From: Chrysomallon squamiferum
Lineage: Eukaryota > Animalia > Mollusca
DNA length: 64,000 bases
Assembly (NCBI GenBank): GCA_012295275.1
Contig: CM022671.1
Location: forward strand, 23,560,001-23,624,000
Reading direction: 5' to 3'
The first letter of the stretch is position 1. Each line of letters begins with the position of its first letter. The notes beneath the pieces are model-generated. The model saw nothing but the letters and a program-made list of their open reading frames with translations, made no database searches and was not told where the DNA came from. Both the position numbers and the translations under genes were made by a program. This document shows, in pieces, positions 1 through 51,095 of this stretch.

Positions 1-1344
1 ATTATTATTTTAATATTATATCTTTTTTTTTTTTTTTTTTTTAAATATTTTTTTTATTATTTTAATAATTTAGGTTTACTAATGCAGATGTTAGAGAATA
101 TTTTTAATGTAATAGTATTGTAGTCTATAGATGTGGGGGTTTTTTTTTTGTTCATTTCAGTAGATATTTAAATTTTCTTACCTTATTTTCGATATCAGTC
201 TTTCCACAGACATAATTTAGAACAGTTAGAAAAAATAGTGTACAATTGTTAGCATTTGATCCTGTAAATGTAATAATTTTCAGTGTATTTTCTACATTTA
301 ACTTTTTAATAAAAAATATCACTGACAGTGAATAAAATTTTTCTACCCAATTTCTTAAATTTAATAAATTGGTTTCAAGCTAATCTTTATATTTGATTTT
401 AAGATGTTATTCAGGTGCTAATTGCATGGTTGTTTAAGCTTAAAGCCATTTTTAAAAATTATTTTCTGATCTTCCTATTTTGCCCAGTTTGAGTTTACAG
501 TCAATTTATTTTATGTCACTTTTTGTGAATTCATCTTACACAATGAGCCAATAACAATAATTGTTGCTTCATCTTGCTGTCTGACCTTTGTTTAATAATA
601 AGTTTTAAGCTTTTAGTTAGAAACTAATAAAACCAAAAGCAAAACTGCTTTTTTCTTTTTGTAAGAAAGAAAATAACACAAAATGCAATTATTTTTATGA
701 ATATTCGATCATTACCTGAATTTTTATTAAAAAGACCACAACCATAATTTTAATTCACCTAATGAATCAGGCTTAAAACATTACTATGCCAACTGGTTGC
801 TGCAATTTCTTATTTTGCAGGAATATGCTTTTGTTAGCTAAGCAGCTGTGAAGGGTTGGCTTTATCTGTTGTGATAGATTTTGTTTTTCAAAACTTGGAG
901 AATTAATTTCTGTGATTCACATTTTATTTTATATTTTTATACCTTCTGTTTGGTTTATACAACTTTTTGTGGGAATCATTAATTTGCAAACATTGTTTAA
1001 TGTCCTTAGAGATATAAACTTTGCTTATCATGTGTGCATGAAAAATGATATTTCCACATTGTTCTCAATTACAAGATCAATTGGATTGATTTTATGATTT
1101 AATGAACCATACTTATATTAATTCATAGGCTTTTGAATTCACAAAAATGGCACAATTCAAAGTTTTAATACTATCATTTTAAAAATAAAATTAAGATACT
1201 CTCCTGAATAATTAGTTTAAACTTAAGCTTTCTTTATAATTTAAAGTTTGTGAAAACATCAAAATCTTTATTTTAAAAATGTATTCAAAGTATATGATAA
1301 AAACTTGTACCATACTGTTAAATACTGACTCAATGCTGTACCAG

Positions 1345-39024
<37,680 letters not shown>

Positions 39025-39119
39025 ACATAAGAGAATTTAATCGTCCCTTTATCATAAACATAATTATTATTACATTTTGCTGGGAAAAAATATCTTAAGA
39101 CAACACACAGATATCAGCA

Positions 39120-39134
39120 AATAAAAGCAATAAA
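39120..39134 (+). terminator. Candidate polyadenylation signals of the long domino isoform
   Basis: Two AATAAA about 100 nt after TAA 39024. Later signals are also possible in this AT-rich tract. Confidence 0.35.
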
Positions 39135-41840
39135 ATGTTAATCCAGATGAAGTTTTATAACAGTGGGGGGAAAACAAAAAAGTCTTATACTGTTGTCAGT
39201 TTTATATTGTGAATTACAAATTTTTATCTTACATTAACAAACATTTAAGTTAAAGAGACTTTGTGAAAATGAAATTGATACATCGTGTGTTGAAAACAAT
39301 TTTTATGATTTTTATTGAAATGGTGATTTCTACAAATTTCATTTGTATAAATGTAAGAAAATTAAGATTGTTCAAAGTTCCATTCTTATTATTATTATTG
39401 TATTTTTTCTTTATTTTCTTTATATTTTTTTATTTTTATAACTTGTACAATTTTTCTGTATTTTTATTTTATCTTAATAATTTTTTTTTTTTTTTTTGTT
39501 GCCTGGTCCCATTCTCGAGTTTAATCTTATTTTTCAGCTGAAATACAGTGAATTTACTTTTGTTTCATTTTATTTTATTATTATTATTATTTTCATTATT
39601 TCTTTATTTTAAATTATATCTTAAGTTTTAGTGTCATTTTGTCAGTTGAAAATATTCCATGTACAAATCGCTTTATAAAAATACAAACCTTGATGAATCT
39701 CGCTATAAAACTGCTTTTTTTTTTTACATCATTGCAATCTACCTTTTATTTTCATTTGATTTGCTTCTGGAGGGGGGTGATATTTTGTTTTGTGTTTCTT
39801 TGTTGTTATTAATATTAATTGAAAGTTTGTTACAAATTAATTTTTTTTCTTTTTTAAATGAACTATAAACTTTCATTAAATGTGTATACCTGTATATATA
39901 TATATATAGATCGACGTCTGACGTCATTAATATTTTGTCTGGTTTGGAGAGATGGATGAAGGAATAAGAAAGAATATAATTATTTAAATTTGTTACACTG
40001 ACTACTGTGAAAATTTCTTGAATCGCCCTGAAAATTTAAACTTTTTTTCAATTTCTCAAGACATTTAACGGACCTGTTTTTTTTTTTTTTTTTTTTTTCA
40101 CCCAACGACCACCAGCCTTTAAAATGGACAATATAGCTTTTGATTGTCAAACTGTGTAGAGATAACACATTAAAATGTAAAAAGAAATAAATAAAAGAAA
40201 TTGATAGCAAATGTTTATGGGAGATTTGATTCGTCGATACGCATGCTGTTTTAAATTTCTAAGAAATAATCGGTCATAAAGTGAAAAGATACACACCCAT
40301 ACAAGCTTCTGGTCACTCATTCGTTTACAAGGATGCTAACTATCCGCAAAATGTGATTTGTTTACCAGCATGAGTAACACGGCTATATTTTCAGTTAATA
40401 TACATCCATTCGATAAATGGGCGAAAATTTCTGATACATCGACAGATCATAAATTAAATTTCAGTGACAAGCGAGGTGGAATTTGTTTTCTTCGTCTATA
40501 TAAAATATATAAACTTTTTTTTTTTTTTTTTTCTCTCTCTCTCTCTCTCTCCTCTTTCCAGTACTGTAATATGTATAGTGATTTAGTTTTTATACGTCTG
40601 TATAAATGAACATTGGTGTTTTTTTTATAGAACATTTTGTGCTGTAAAATCGTTACATACTTGAGTACCCTCAATGTTGTAGCTAGGTTACAATCATGTT
40701 TCAGTACATTAGAAATTGATCATTAAAACACTCAGTAACGTGTGAATTCTCTTTTTTCTTTCACTCTTTTCTTTTTGTGTGAAGAAATTGTTTTGTTCTA
40801 AATGCCATTAAACAAAACCATTTGTTTTAAATAATGCGGAACAAAAAGCTCCAACAAAAGCCCAAGGCGCTTATTATTCAGACTTGTACATTTAGTTAGT
40901 AGTGGGTCTAACGCTGTAGTATTGCAAATATTTTAAGATGACAGACGAAATAGGACGTACAATAAAATGATTAATTAGTTTGAGATAGCGTAATTACTAC
41001 TGACATTTAACCCATGAACACCGCATCGTACATGATTGCTGCATTCGTTTATCGTTCGAGGGTTGTAAATATTTTACACTTTGTATAATACAGTGTGACT
41101 TCAAGACGTAAAACAAAACACATGATTTACAACACACGTTTACAACGGACATCTATGTTGTCCCCGTGTCGTCTATTACGTGGATACTGCTTTTTATATA
41201 ATGTAGAGGGGAATCTGTCACGCTAAAATTTGTATTATTATTATTATTATTATTATTATTTTTTTTTTTTTTTTTTTTAATGAAAAATAATTAACGTGTT
41301 CAAATATTACCGCTGATTCCGCAAGTTTAGTTTATTTTCTTTGATTTATTATATACATCCATTACATTTAAATATCAAACAAAACAGTACATTGTACATA
41401 AGCTTACACATGTATATAATGGGAGTTATCTGTAACGAGATTCAGTTCAAACATGCAACCGTATGTATTTATTTACAGTTAATAATCATGTTTAAACAAA
41501 CTTCTGGGTGTTTTTTTTAATAATTATTATTATTATTGAGAGAGCTAGCTGTTGTTCAGACTGGTACGCTAATCCAGGGTGTAATCATTTCCAGTTACAG
41601 TCAGTGGTCCACCCGACCTACCTTTCGTTAAACTGTAGTGTATGTTTATCTGCATTTTGGAATGCAGCCCATGGAGTAGCGGCGATATGTCAGTTATACC
41701 AGTTATCTGATTCCCGTTTCAATAAAATACGATAGTGATCAAATTTTCAATATTATTTTTGTAATACGATGATGCTGATGACGCAAGATGACGCTGAAAA
41801 GTAGAAACGCTTAAAACTATGCTGAGGCTAAAGTGGGGTC

Positions 41841-42429
41841 ACCTCATGTGCCCGCACCTATTGTTATATATTACTGAAGCAGACAAAGATAGCAGACAAA
41901 GATAGCAAATGATGAAACAATAGGGAATTACAGTACAGTTTATTTCCCAAAAGACCAACAATGGACTAACGTTTCACAGTCCAACCAAACGGAAGACGGA
42001 ATCAGCGTATTCTGTTGTAGATTTCTGTCCTGTCAAGAGGAGCATTTGCTGTTGGCGTATTTCAAAGTCAAGTTGCCAACCTTCCACCAGATCTCAATTG
42101 TAAAACTGTAGCTTCAACAAAGGCCTGTTCTCTCTTAATCACATCTATGAATTTAAAAATGCTGGCATTATCATCAGTTTTGAATGCCATCCCTCATTAT
42201 TCATAGTACTGGCACCATTTGTTTTGAAATCTTTCCAGACTTTTCTGCTGGGAGATTCAGTCCACTGTTCGGTGACATACTCCGCAAACATTGAAACTTG
42301 TGGATCCTCTAGATTGGCTTGGATTACGAGTAACTGTTCACTTTAATGACACTGACTATAGCGATCGAAGCGTTTAGCCGTATCACTTGATCCCTTCCTA
42401 GTCCCTACAGACGGCGGGCACAGTGAGGT
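41841..42429 (-). mobile_element. Internally deleted MULE/Mutator-like DNA transposon
   Basis: Inverted repeats acctcatgtgcccgc (41841-41855) and gcgggcacagtgaggt (42414-42429). Minus-strand relics MFAEYVTEQW, TMNNEGWHSKL and SIFKFIDVIKREQ match the MULE C-terminal pattern TNNxxEGWH...IxKFIxxLKxEQ. Confidence 0.75.
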
Positions 42430-43366
42430 TAAAACGCGAAAATATTATAAAACAATTTTTTTTTTTATTTAATCATTTCTTTAAATAAATACATTTCAGA
42501 TAAAAACATTTAACACTGTAAAAAAATAACACACTCATATACATTATTTATCCAAATCATCCTTCCATGATCACGGATGTACATTTTCACGTATTTGCGA
42601 AATGTTCATGAGTTAACTGCAAAAACAAGCCCGTGTTCAAACAGACACACATATATATTAATGTTAATGCAAATACATGAAAGAGATATGCTATTTAGCG
42701 AATATAAAAATGTAGATTTATTCCAAATCGATACTGCAGATCTAATGTATATTGGGAGGGTATAAAAAATGCATTAAAAAAAAAACAAAAAATAGCAAAA
42801 CTAAAGCATGTAGAGCTTTTTTTTTCAAAATTTAAAATATCTAAATTTAGTATATACAATATAAATGCTAGAGAAAAAGTCATAAAAATTTGTCACAAAA
42901 ATAGGTTACAAGGCAGCCCATTTGACAGATTTAATAAAAAAAAAAAAAAAATATATAAATTTAAATTTGATTAAAATATTTCATTTTATTTTTAAAAAAC
43001 CCAGAAAAACAAACTCCTTAAAATTTTAGATCTGATTACAATAAAAATATAAAATATAATGTAAATAATCCTTGCATACCACAGATGTCATACATAAAGA
43101 CGTGTCTTCCGCCTATCTCCACCCACGTACGGTATTGTATTCACGTTTACTTTCTTTCTAGACATGAGTTAAAATTATAAAGCATGAATTATTTCTTTGA
43201 TTTACATTGCTTAAATGATAAATTCTATTCAAGTTTCGAATAAAGACTTGAGACCTTGCTTGGGAATAAAAAAAAAAAAAAAAAGAAGTATAGAGCTTTA
43301 AGAAAGGAGTATGAAAATAAGTTATTTATCTCGAAAATGTATTGAGATTATTTGATTATTATTAAG

Positions 43367-43401
<35 letters not shown>

Positions 43402-43769
43402 GTCTGGTCAATGAAGTAAAATGATCCACATGAAGAAAATCAAACATTTTCATCGCTGCGCACAAAGATTCAGCTAGTCGTTTGCAACACGTTAAAAAAT
43501 ATAGTTCGTCCTTCGTATAAAATTAAAATTCCTTACTCAGTTTCACAAAAGTAACGTTTCTTCTTCTTTTTTTTTTTTTTCGGATATTTCACTATCCAAA
43601 ATGGCACTTAAAAAGTAAATAAGTAAAAAAAAAAAAAAAAAAAATAATAGTAATAAGGAATGAAAGAAAGAAAGAAATAGATGAGTTTTCTACAGCTGGT
43701 ACTCTTTCCGTGTGGTTGACTGCTGATTTTTTTTTTTTTTGTTGTTGTTGTTGTTGCGGTTTTTTCCCT

Positions 43770-44731
43770 TTACGATGTTTTTACGTTAATGCCATTTGCA
43801 ACAGCTTTATCTACACCTTTTATGTCTCTCTTCTGCAGAAAGTCTCTTTTCAGTAACTTCCAGAAGAATATAGGATTAATAACGTTCATAATGAGCATAG
43901 ATGTCCATAGGCATAAGTAAAACCATGTCGATACTTTGACGTTTTCCTTCGAATCTGTTAGTCCGTAAGTAATCCAGCCGAGAGCGATTCCTCTGAAAAT
44001 GGCGAATGTGACAATGTTAATAGTCACCAGCAGACGGTACGTCCAGTGATTGGTGTCTAAATGACTCATCTGGTAGAGTTTACGGCAGTGGAGAAAAACC
44101 GTGTTAACTTCAGTAAGTAATGCTATTAAAGCATACGGTACACAGGTCATCATGTGCAGGATGTACCAGAAGACTGTCAGAACCTGACAAAGTAATTAAA
44201 AAAAAAGAAGAATATAATGAAAACGAAACACAGCTGTGAAAGTAAGGTACAACACACACACAGTACAAGGAGTTAAATATATAATATGGTAACCTTAATG
44301 GATTTAGGATCTGTAATGGATGTATGTTTCAAAATAAAATAAGATTCGTTATAAAGGAAAACAAAACGGGGTAGAAGTCATCTCTGTGTGTGTTAGGATT
44401 GTTTTTTTTGGTTATTTTTTTATTTATTTTTTTATAAATATTTTTAAAATTATTTTTATTCATTTATTTGTTTATTTTACAAAGGCAACAAAAATGGAAC
44501 TTTAGACTAGAAGCAAACGAAATGCAAACATTTAAAACACAATAAATTAAATATATATATATATATATTTATTTACTTTGTGAAAAGAAAACAATACATA
44601 GAAAGCAATTTACCAAAACTATCAAGAATAATTATTAAAGACTGCAGTGATGTGAAAATATATCTGCTTCATGAAATAAATCTGAAACAGGCAGAAGATG
44701 GTGATTAAATTGTTGATTACAAGAGAGAATA

Positions 44732-44767
<36 letters not shown>

Positions 44768-46339
44768 ATATACTTACTGCAAAGTGATGTACCATTACCT
44801 CCCACGTCTGCATTAGCTTCTTGTGAAAAACGATATCCAGGACATCGTATGTAAAGTAACCTGGAAACAAAAGACAGCTTCTTAAGTTAAAATACCTACT
44901 CACAATGCCTTCGATGCAAAGTGATACATCTTGTATATTCTTAGTAAACTGTAATCTATATCTGCCGTTAAGATTATAAGCTGTTTTATTATTAAATTTA
45001 AATAAGTACGTTTGCATGTGTTTGTGCGTGTACTTATTTACGTCACTTATTAAATGCTTCGACATTAAAGAAACATATTCATATTAAAGAGCAATAAAAT
45101 TATATAATAATAATAATCATAAAATTTAATAATAATAATAATAGCAACAGAACAGTACTGGTAGTCGTTTGAGTTTACAGCAGTAGTAGTAGTAGTGATA
45201 AGATGTAAAACTCACCCGTAGCAAAAGTGACAAGGAAATACATGTAGGCATTGCCACCGTCTATCCTGTCCTTAAACTGCTCAGTGTACAGAAAGAAACT
45301 GAAAGTAAGTAAAAATAACGTAAACTTCAAACGGTAACTGTAGGAGAATATAACATATAAAGTGAACTGCTATTTTTCTTTCTTTCTTTTTTTTTTATTT
45401 TTTTTTTTTTTTTTTTTTTTTTTGTCTTGTTGTTTTCGTTGTTGTTGTTGTTGTTTGATCATGAGACAGGAAATCCACTGACGCCATTTCATGGGCTGTT
45501 GTTCTCGGTGTATTTTACACACACCTTTCCGTACACGGATCAGTACAAACCTCGGGTTTTAATGGGCAAATTGTAAACGCACGACCTGGTGATTTGAAGC
45601 AGAAATAATACTATTCAGAATGCTATTATCTATTTTTTTTTCTTTAAACCCGTTTCCCTCCACTTGCCATTTATTTTGCAGCAGCGGTTTTTCAAGTTAT
45701 GTCCATTGGAAGATACACAATAAAAGATCCCTTTCTGCTAATCTAAAAACAGTAACGGCCGTGGTTTCCCCACTCTCACCTATAATTGTAGCTGAATATT
45801 AAAATGTGTTATGTTAAAACGAATAGCCTATCTAAGATTACCATAAAACCAGCTTAAAACATACCTGTCATATTTAACAGAATGTGCTCAGTGGCGCCCC
45901 CCCCACCCTTCACGTGCCATATTTGTCATATCTTAGATGCACCCCTGAATATAACATTTCATCTTTCCTTCCTTTTAAAGGAATCCTTATGTTACTTTTG
46001 CAAGCTGTTAAAATGTTCTCGTTTCTTTTATCCTTAAACGTCAGATAAATTCGTAAGTGTTTTATTTACCATAATTAAATAAATCGTTTTAAGAAAGTTA
46101 GGCTGTCTATACAGAATAACGTAGTTTAATCATACTAAAGTGTAAGTTATAATTATATCATAAAAGACCAGACTTCTTCACGGACGGGTATTCGACAAGG
46201 CTTCTTTCTGGGTTAACCGAATTTTCCGTTCGCGAGAAACAAATTACTTGTTGCGCAGATCTGGTACTTTCGTTTTAATGTTTCTTCAGGGTAAACGGTG
46301 ATAAAACCAGATTGGTCGTTATAATCATTATCCTTTTGT

Positions 46340-46370
<31 letters not shown>

Positions 46371-46377
46371 TTATTAT

Positions 46378-46418
<41 letters not shown>

Positions 46419-46457
46419 AATTTTTTATTATTATTATAGATATTATCATACCTCCTC

Positions 46458-46494
<37 letters not shown>

Positions 46495-46532
46495 AATAAA
46501 TAAAAAAAATAAAAAAAAAAAAAAAAAAATAA

Positions 46533-46578
<46 letters not shown>

Positions 46579-48493
46579 GTAAAATAAAATAAAAACAATA
46601 ATAATAATAAAATTAAATTAAATTTAAAAAAAAAAAAAATAAAAAAAAATATGACCATTTTCAATTTTACTATGGAAATCTATAACATAAAGGTGCCTGC
46701 CAAGTAAATAAAATGTCATTTGCAATTCCTATTTTGATTTGGGTATCGTTGTCCGAACACGCATTTAGATTATATAATTATATATAACGTATTGAAACCA
46801 GATGACATGTGAACGAGATAAATTGGACGTGAAATGTCAAAATTTAATTATATTACGTTTTTATTACCTAGACGTGGAAATATTTAATAAAAGAAAATAT
46901 ATAAGTGCCCTAAGGGTGTTATGCACACAGAGCAGATTTACTGGTAATAACTAAAATGAATGTGTGCTTAGGATATTCTAAACGTGGCTGTTGTATATAA
47001 CAGATGAAACACTAAATATTTATAGTGATATCAAGATCTCATATTGTACTAGAAAAATAACAACAGCAACAACAACAACAACAAAAACTATTATTATTAT
47101 TATTATCAACTTTATAAATAAACTATAGCTATTTGAATCATTCACTGTAATAAATATTTAATCGTAAGCTTATTTAGAAAAGGTTCAGAGTATTTAAGAC
47201 AGTCAAAACTGTATATATGTTTGTTTATATGTATATATGTACGCATGCATAAAAGTGTGTGTTTTTTTATATATGCAAGTGTTCCTATAAAATTATGCTG
47301 GTGAAGTTGTGTATTTTTTTGTTTTGTTGTTTACACAATTGATTCCTAGCATTTTATATCCTGTGTAACGCCCATTAATTACATACTTACTAACTTATCG
47401 AGCTATTAAAGATACACGTTCAATACCCTCCAATGAGATTTTTATGGTTTGGTATCCACGCTGTTAAAGAGCTTAATACACGTTATAATTTAAACGCAGT
47501 AAAACAATCCAATGTGTGTGATTTAGCTTTTATGTTTGTCGATATATGCGATTATGTGTACGTTCTGTGTACATGAAATCCATACAAAGGTATTTAATAT
47601 TTCAGTTTCGTTAAGTTATTGATTGGATTTCATTATATTAAAACACTGAATATGTCTGGATAGGCGATATAACGATAAAATGATACAGACGCTAACACAA
47701 AACTTGACACACAATACCCAACACTCACAAAGACGCAGATACATACACAAACGTACACACACATCCACAAACACACGATTATACAAAACAGACATACGCG
47801 CACGCTTCTCACACACACATTCACAAACGTATACACACATAAAAATACTCGTTTTTTTATCCACAAAAAAATTAATTATAAGCTCTTTTCGAGGAGGTAT
47901 ATTTCTCAAATGACAGTTACGTTCTAATACGCTTTAAGTACTTTAATGCCTAGATACCAGACTAAAATACATGTATCTCACATGTAAGGTTATAGAATAC
48001 CGATTGACCGATCGATCGATATTAACAAAGGCTTCATTGTCACCAGTTTCCAAAGAACAACACTGCAGAACACGTTAATCTGTGTTCAATCCACACACGT
48101 GACATGTAAAGTACAACAAGTTATTCTTCGCCTTTTTATCCTAAGGTTACGAAGATTTCTTACATTTCATTAGAAGTAAAAGTACATAATATACTTCATA
48201 TCAAATGCAGAACAAAAGGAAAGCCAAACTTGGTATTTTTTAAAACCCACCATGTAAATAAAAATAACTTACCTACTCAAGTTCCAAACGGAACAAATGA
48301 AAGCATGAATCATTGAAATGAACAAATTACTCCATCGCCATGGGTCTCCTTTAATATTTAACAATGGGAGGCTGATTCGGATAACAATATTAATCAAAAT
48401 GAACAGAACGATGGAACTTAGTGTTGCGATGTAGCCCCACAACGCCTCGACGCCGATGTTGGTACCTCGATCTTTCATTGCGTCCATCGCCAT
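43770..48493 (-). CDS. TLC (TRAM/LAG1/CLN8) domain membrane protein, TLCD1/TLCD2-like
   Basis: Four exons: 48493-48273, 45298-45216, 44860-44778, 44183-43770. Motifs WRWSNLFISMIHA, GYFTYDVLD, VHHFA, LLTEVNTVFLHCRKL, TFAIFR and NPIFFWKLLKRDF; splice phases are consistent. Confidence 0.9.
45462..45770. mobile_element. Two decayed fragments, in opposite orientation, of an interspersed SINE-like repeat
   Basis: gagacaggaaatccactgacgccatttcatgggct (+, ~45464) and the reverse complement of gattagcagaaagggatctttta (~45720-45745) resemble a repeat consensus I recall from gastropod genomes. Family name not established. Confidence 0.4.
46320..46650. repeat. Low-complexity T-rich then A-rich tract (quasi-palindromic)
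   Basis: (TTTA)n, (TTA)n and poly-T followed by poly-A, (AAAT)n and (AAT)n. Confidence 0.85.
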
Positions 48494-48621
48494 GTTCGCG
48501 ATCGGCGAACAGGAAGCTTATGTTTCTCCACCTAGTCGTACGGCAACACGGCACATTTTGCCGTTCAGGTCAGGTCATGTTTTTACGTTTGAATGACTCG
48601 AGTACTAAAAACTATGTCAAC

Positions 48622-48631
48622 ATCACGTGGC
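48622..48631. promoter_or_regulatory. E-box (ATCACGTGG) upstream of TLC-domain gene 1
   Basis: CACGTG about 130 bp upstream of the ATG, in a CpG-containing stretch. Confidence 0.35.
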
Positions 48632-50469
48632 ATAACTTCAGTAACCACGTTAGGTGGCTGCGGCAGTATTTCGTTCATTAGGCCGTTTTCTTTATTAACT
48701 GTTTGTGTGAGTTTCGTGTGAAAGCCAGTTCAGTTATTGATTTTTTTTCCAGTGGCCTATACTGACCACAACTTGTTTACTTCTCCCATAAGATGTATTT
48801 TATACAAGGACCTAAACTTTAATAACGCAAATCTACTTGAGAAAGAAACTGATCCGTTATAAGGTGAACTAATGATCCGAATCGGATTATCAACGTTTGA
48901 CTTTGTATTGTATTTCAGTGTCGTTGACATTACAGATATAAACTAGATACAAACATTTCCTTTTGTGAATTCTAATAAAATGGGTCAAACAGAGACCACT
49001 GACCTTTGCTATTAATTCACTTCGGCTACTCTCGTTTGTTTTTCATTTGAGGGCTGTCATCTCGTGAGACATTCTTTAAAATAATTAATCTGATAATTTT
49101 TGTTACTTACAGATGAGAATTAACGAATGAATATTTTACAATAATTCAACACGTTTGGATAATAATTTTCATAACGTGTCTAGCTTATAATTTATGTATC
49201 TGTTTATTTATTTATTTATTTTTTTTTTTTTTGTTGTAATTATAATTTTTGAGCTAAATCGCGTTCTATAGTCATTGAAAACAAAGTTAACATCTACAAC
49301 AACAACGACGACGACAACAAAGTAACCTTAGTCTTCTGCCAATACTACAACCATTCATTTTCAATCTATGTTTTTAATTATTGAGCAAAATGATTCCAAA
49401 ATATACATTTTTAATAGTTCATAGTGCACAAATATAATATAATATATAATAAAACAAACGAAATAAATTAAATATGAAAATAAATTAAATAATAAAAAAA
49501 TAAAAATCGTGTTAAATAATTATTGTCTAAATGTATTTTGTACACTTCAGTTAGTAATTATTTTATTTCTATTTAATAAAGAATGACAATAAAATAAGAA
49601 GAACGTGGGGATAGATAAAAAGCTCAGTTGTTTAAATAAAAGAACACTGTCGCTCTTTACGTCATGGCGCAGTGGATGATATATATTTTATATATTATAT
49701 ATTGTTAACGTTTCGAATTATTCACTGTAACTGTTACCCCAAAGTGTCTGGCTGAAGTTAGCATTGGTAATTTATACTAGTAGCTGTAACGGAGTGAACA
49801 TATTTTATTATTTTATTTGTTTCCCTAGGCTGCATAAAATTTATTTTATAATGTTATAATGGATTTTCTCAGGCCATTATTTTCTCTCAAGAATATTGTA
49901 TTTCAAAGAGAAAACCTGTAAGCGATAGGCTATTTGATTATTTCAATTTATCATTCGAATTTAATATATCTCCGAACTAAAAGTATGCACCGCAGGAATA
50001 CAGTGAAGTTTAATGGTAAAAAGACACCATTTCTGCAGCATGCATTTAACACGTTTGTTTATGCACGCATAGCGTAGTGCTTAATTATGATATATATTTC
50101 ATAATTACAATATAGCAATGTTAGTACTAAAATAGTAAAATAAGAGGCAGTTTGAAATGTCAAAAACATTTAGACTCTTTATTACAGTTATTATTATCAA
50201 CATCATCATCATCATCATCATCACCATTGTCATCATCATCATTATTATTACCATTATCTTACATATTTTTACTTCATGAACAGATCTAAAGCACGCAGAA
50301 CAGTTTATTACTGTTATTATTATTATTGTTGTTGTTGTTGCTGAAGTTGTTATTCTTGTTGTTCTTCCTCAGCTTTTATTATCACCGCCAATGGAAAATG
50401 ATTTAGTGACAAACATAAAGGGAGGATATTCATAAGGAGGCAGGAAAAGGAAATCGTTTCTCTCAAACA

Positions 50470-50495
50470 GCGCATGCGTTAATTTGAACGGCGGG
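50470..50495 (+). promoter_or_regulatory. Putative NDC80 core promoter: NRF1-like GCGCATGCG, CHR TTTGAA and E2F/CDE-like GGCGGG
   Basis: Motifs cluster within 26 bp, with another TTTGAA at ~50530. An acceptor at 51081 just before the ATG implies a non-coding first exon near here. Confidence 0.5.
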
Positions 50496-50811
50496 GATTT
50501 CGAGTGGGAAATTTATATGGTATTATACATTTGAATTTGTATATTAAACAGTTTATACTCCATAATTGAATAAAATAATAAAAATGTTTTAACGTAATAT
50601 TTTAACTCAATCCTCTTTAAGCTACGTTTTTAATTCCTTAATGACCCAAAACAAGCAAAATAATCAAAACAAAAGTAAATACTAATTCTGCACTTGAAAA
50701 ATTACAAAGTTTCTAAATATTATTTTTATTTTTTAACTTTCACCCTTAAAAAATTACGGTATTTAGTCAGTTTAATTAAGAAAAGTTAATTTATATAACT
50801 GAAACAACAGA

Positions 50812-50918
<107 letters not shown>

Positions 50919-51095
50919 TCTTCTAAAACTAGTTAGCTAAAACAAACATCAGTTTTTGTTGTTTTTACTTTAAATCGTGTTTCCAATTAAACATTTTTTT
51001 AATTAATATGCTTGCTGGAGTGACTGATGATATCATGATAATAACAAAGTAAATGAAATCATTTATTTTATTGTCTTTAAGACTGAAGATCAAAA

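Noticed and set aside
1062-1080. Exact 19-mer ttctcaattacaagatcaa also at 59544-59562
   Set aside because: Does not extend, and is plausible by chance in 64 kb of AT-rich DNA.
45889-45947. Possible MITE termini (cagtggcg...gcacccctg)
   Set aside because: Too short and degenerate to support.
47616-47913. C/V- and H/T-rich ORFs
   Set aside because: Translations of a degenerate (CA)n tract.
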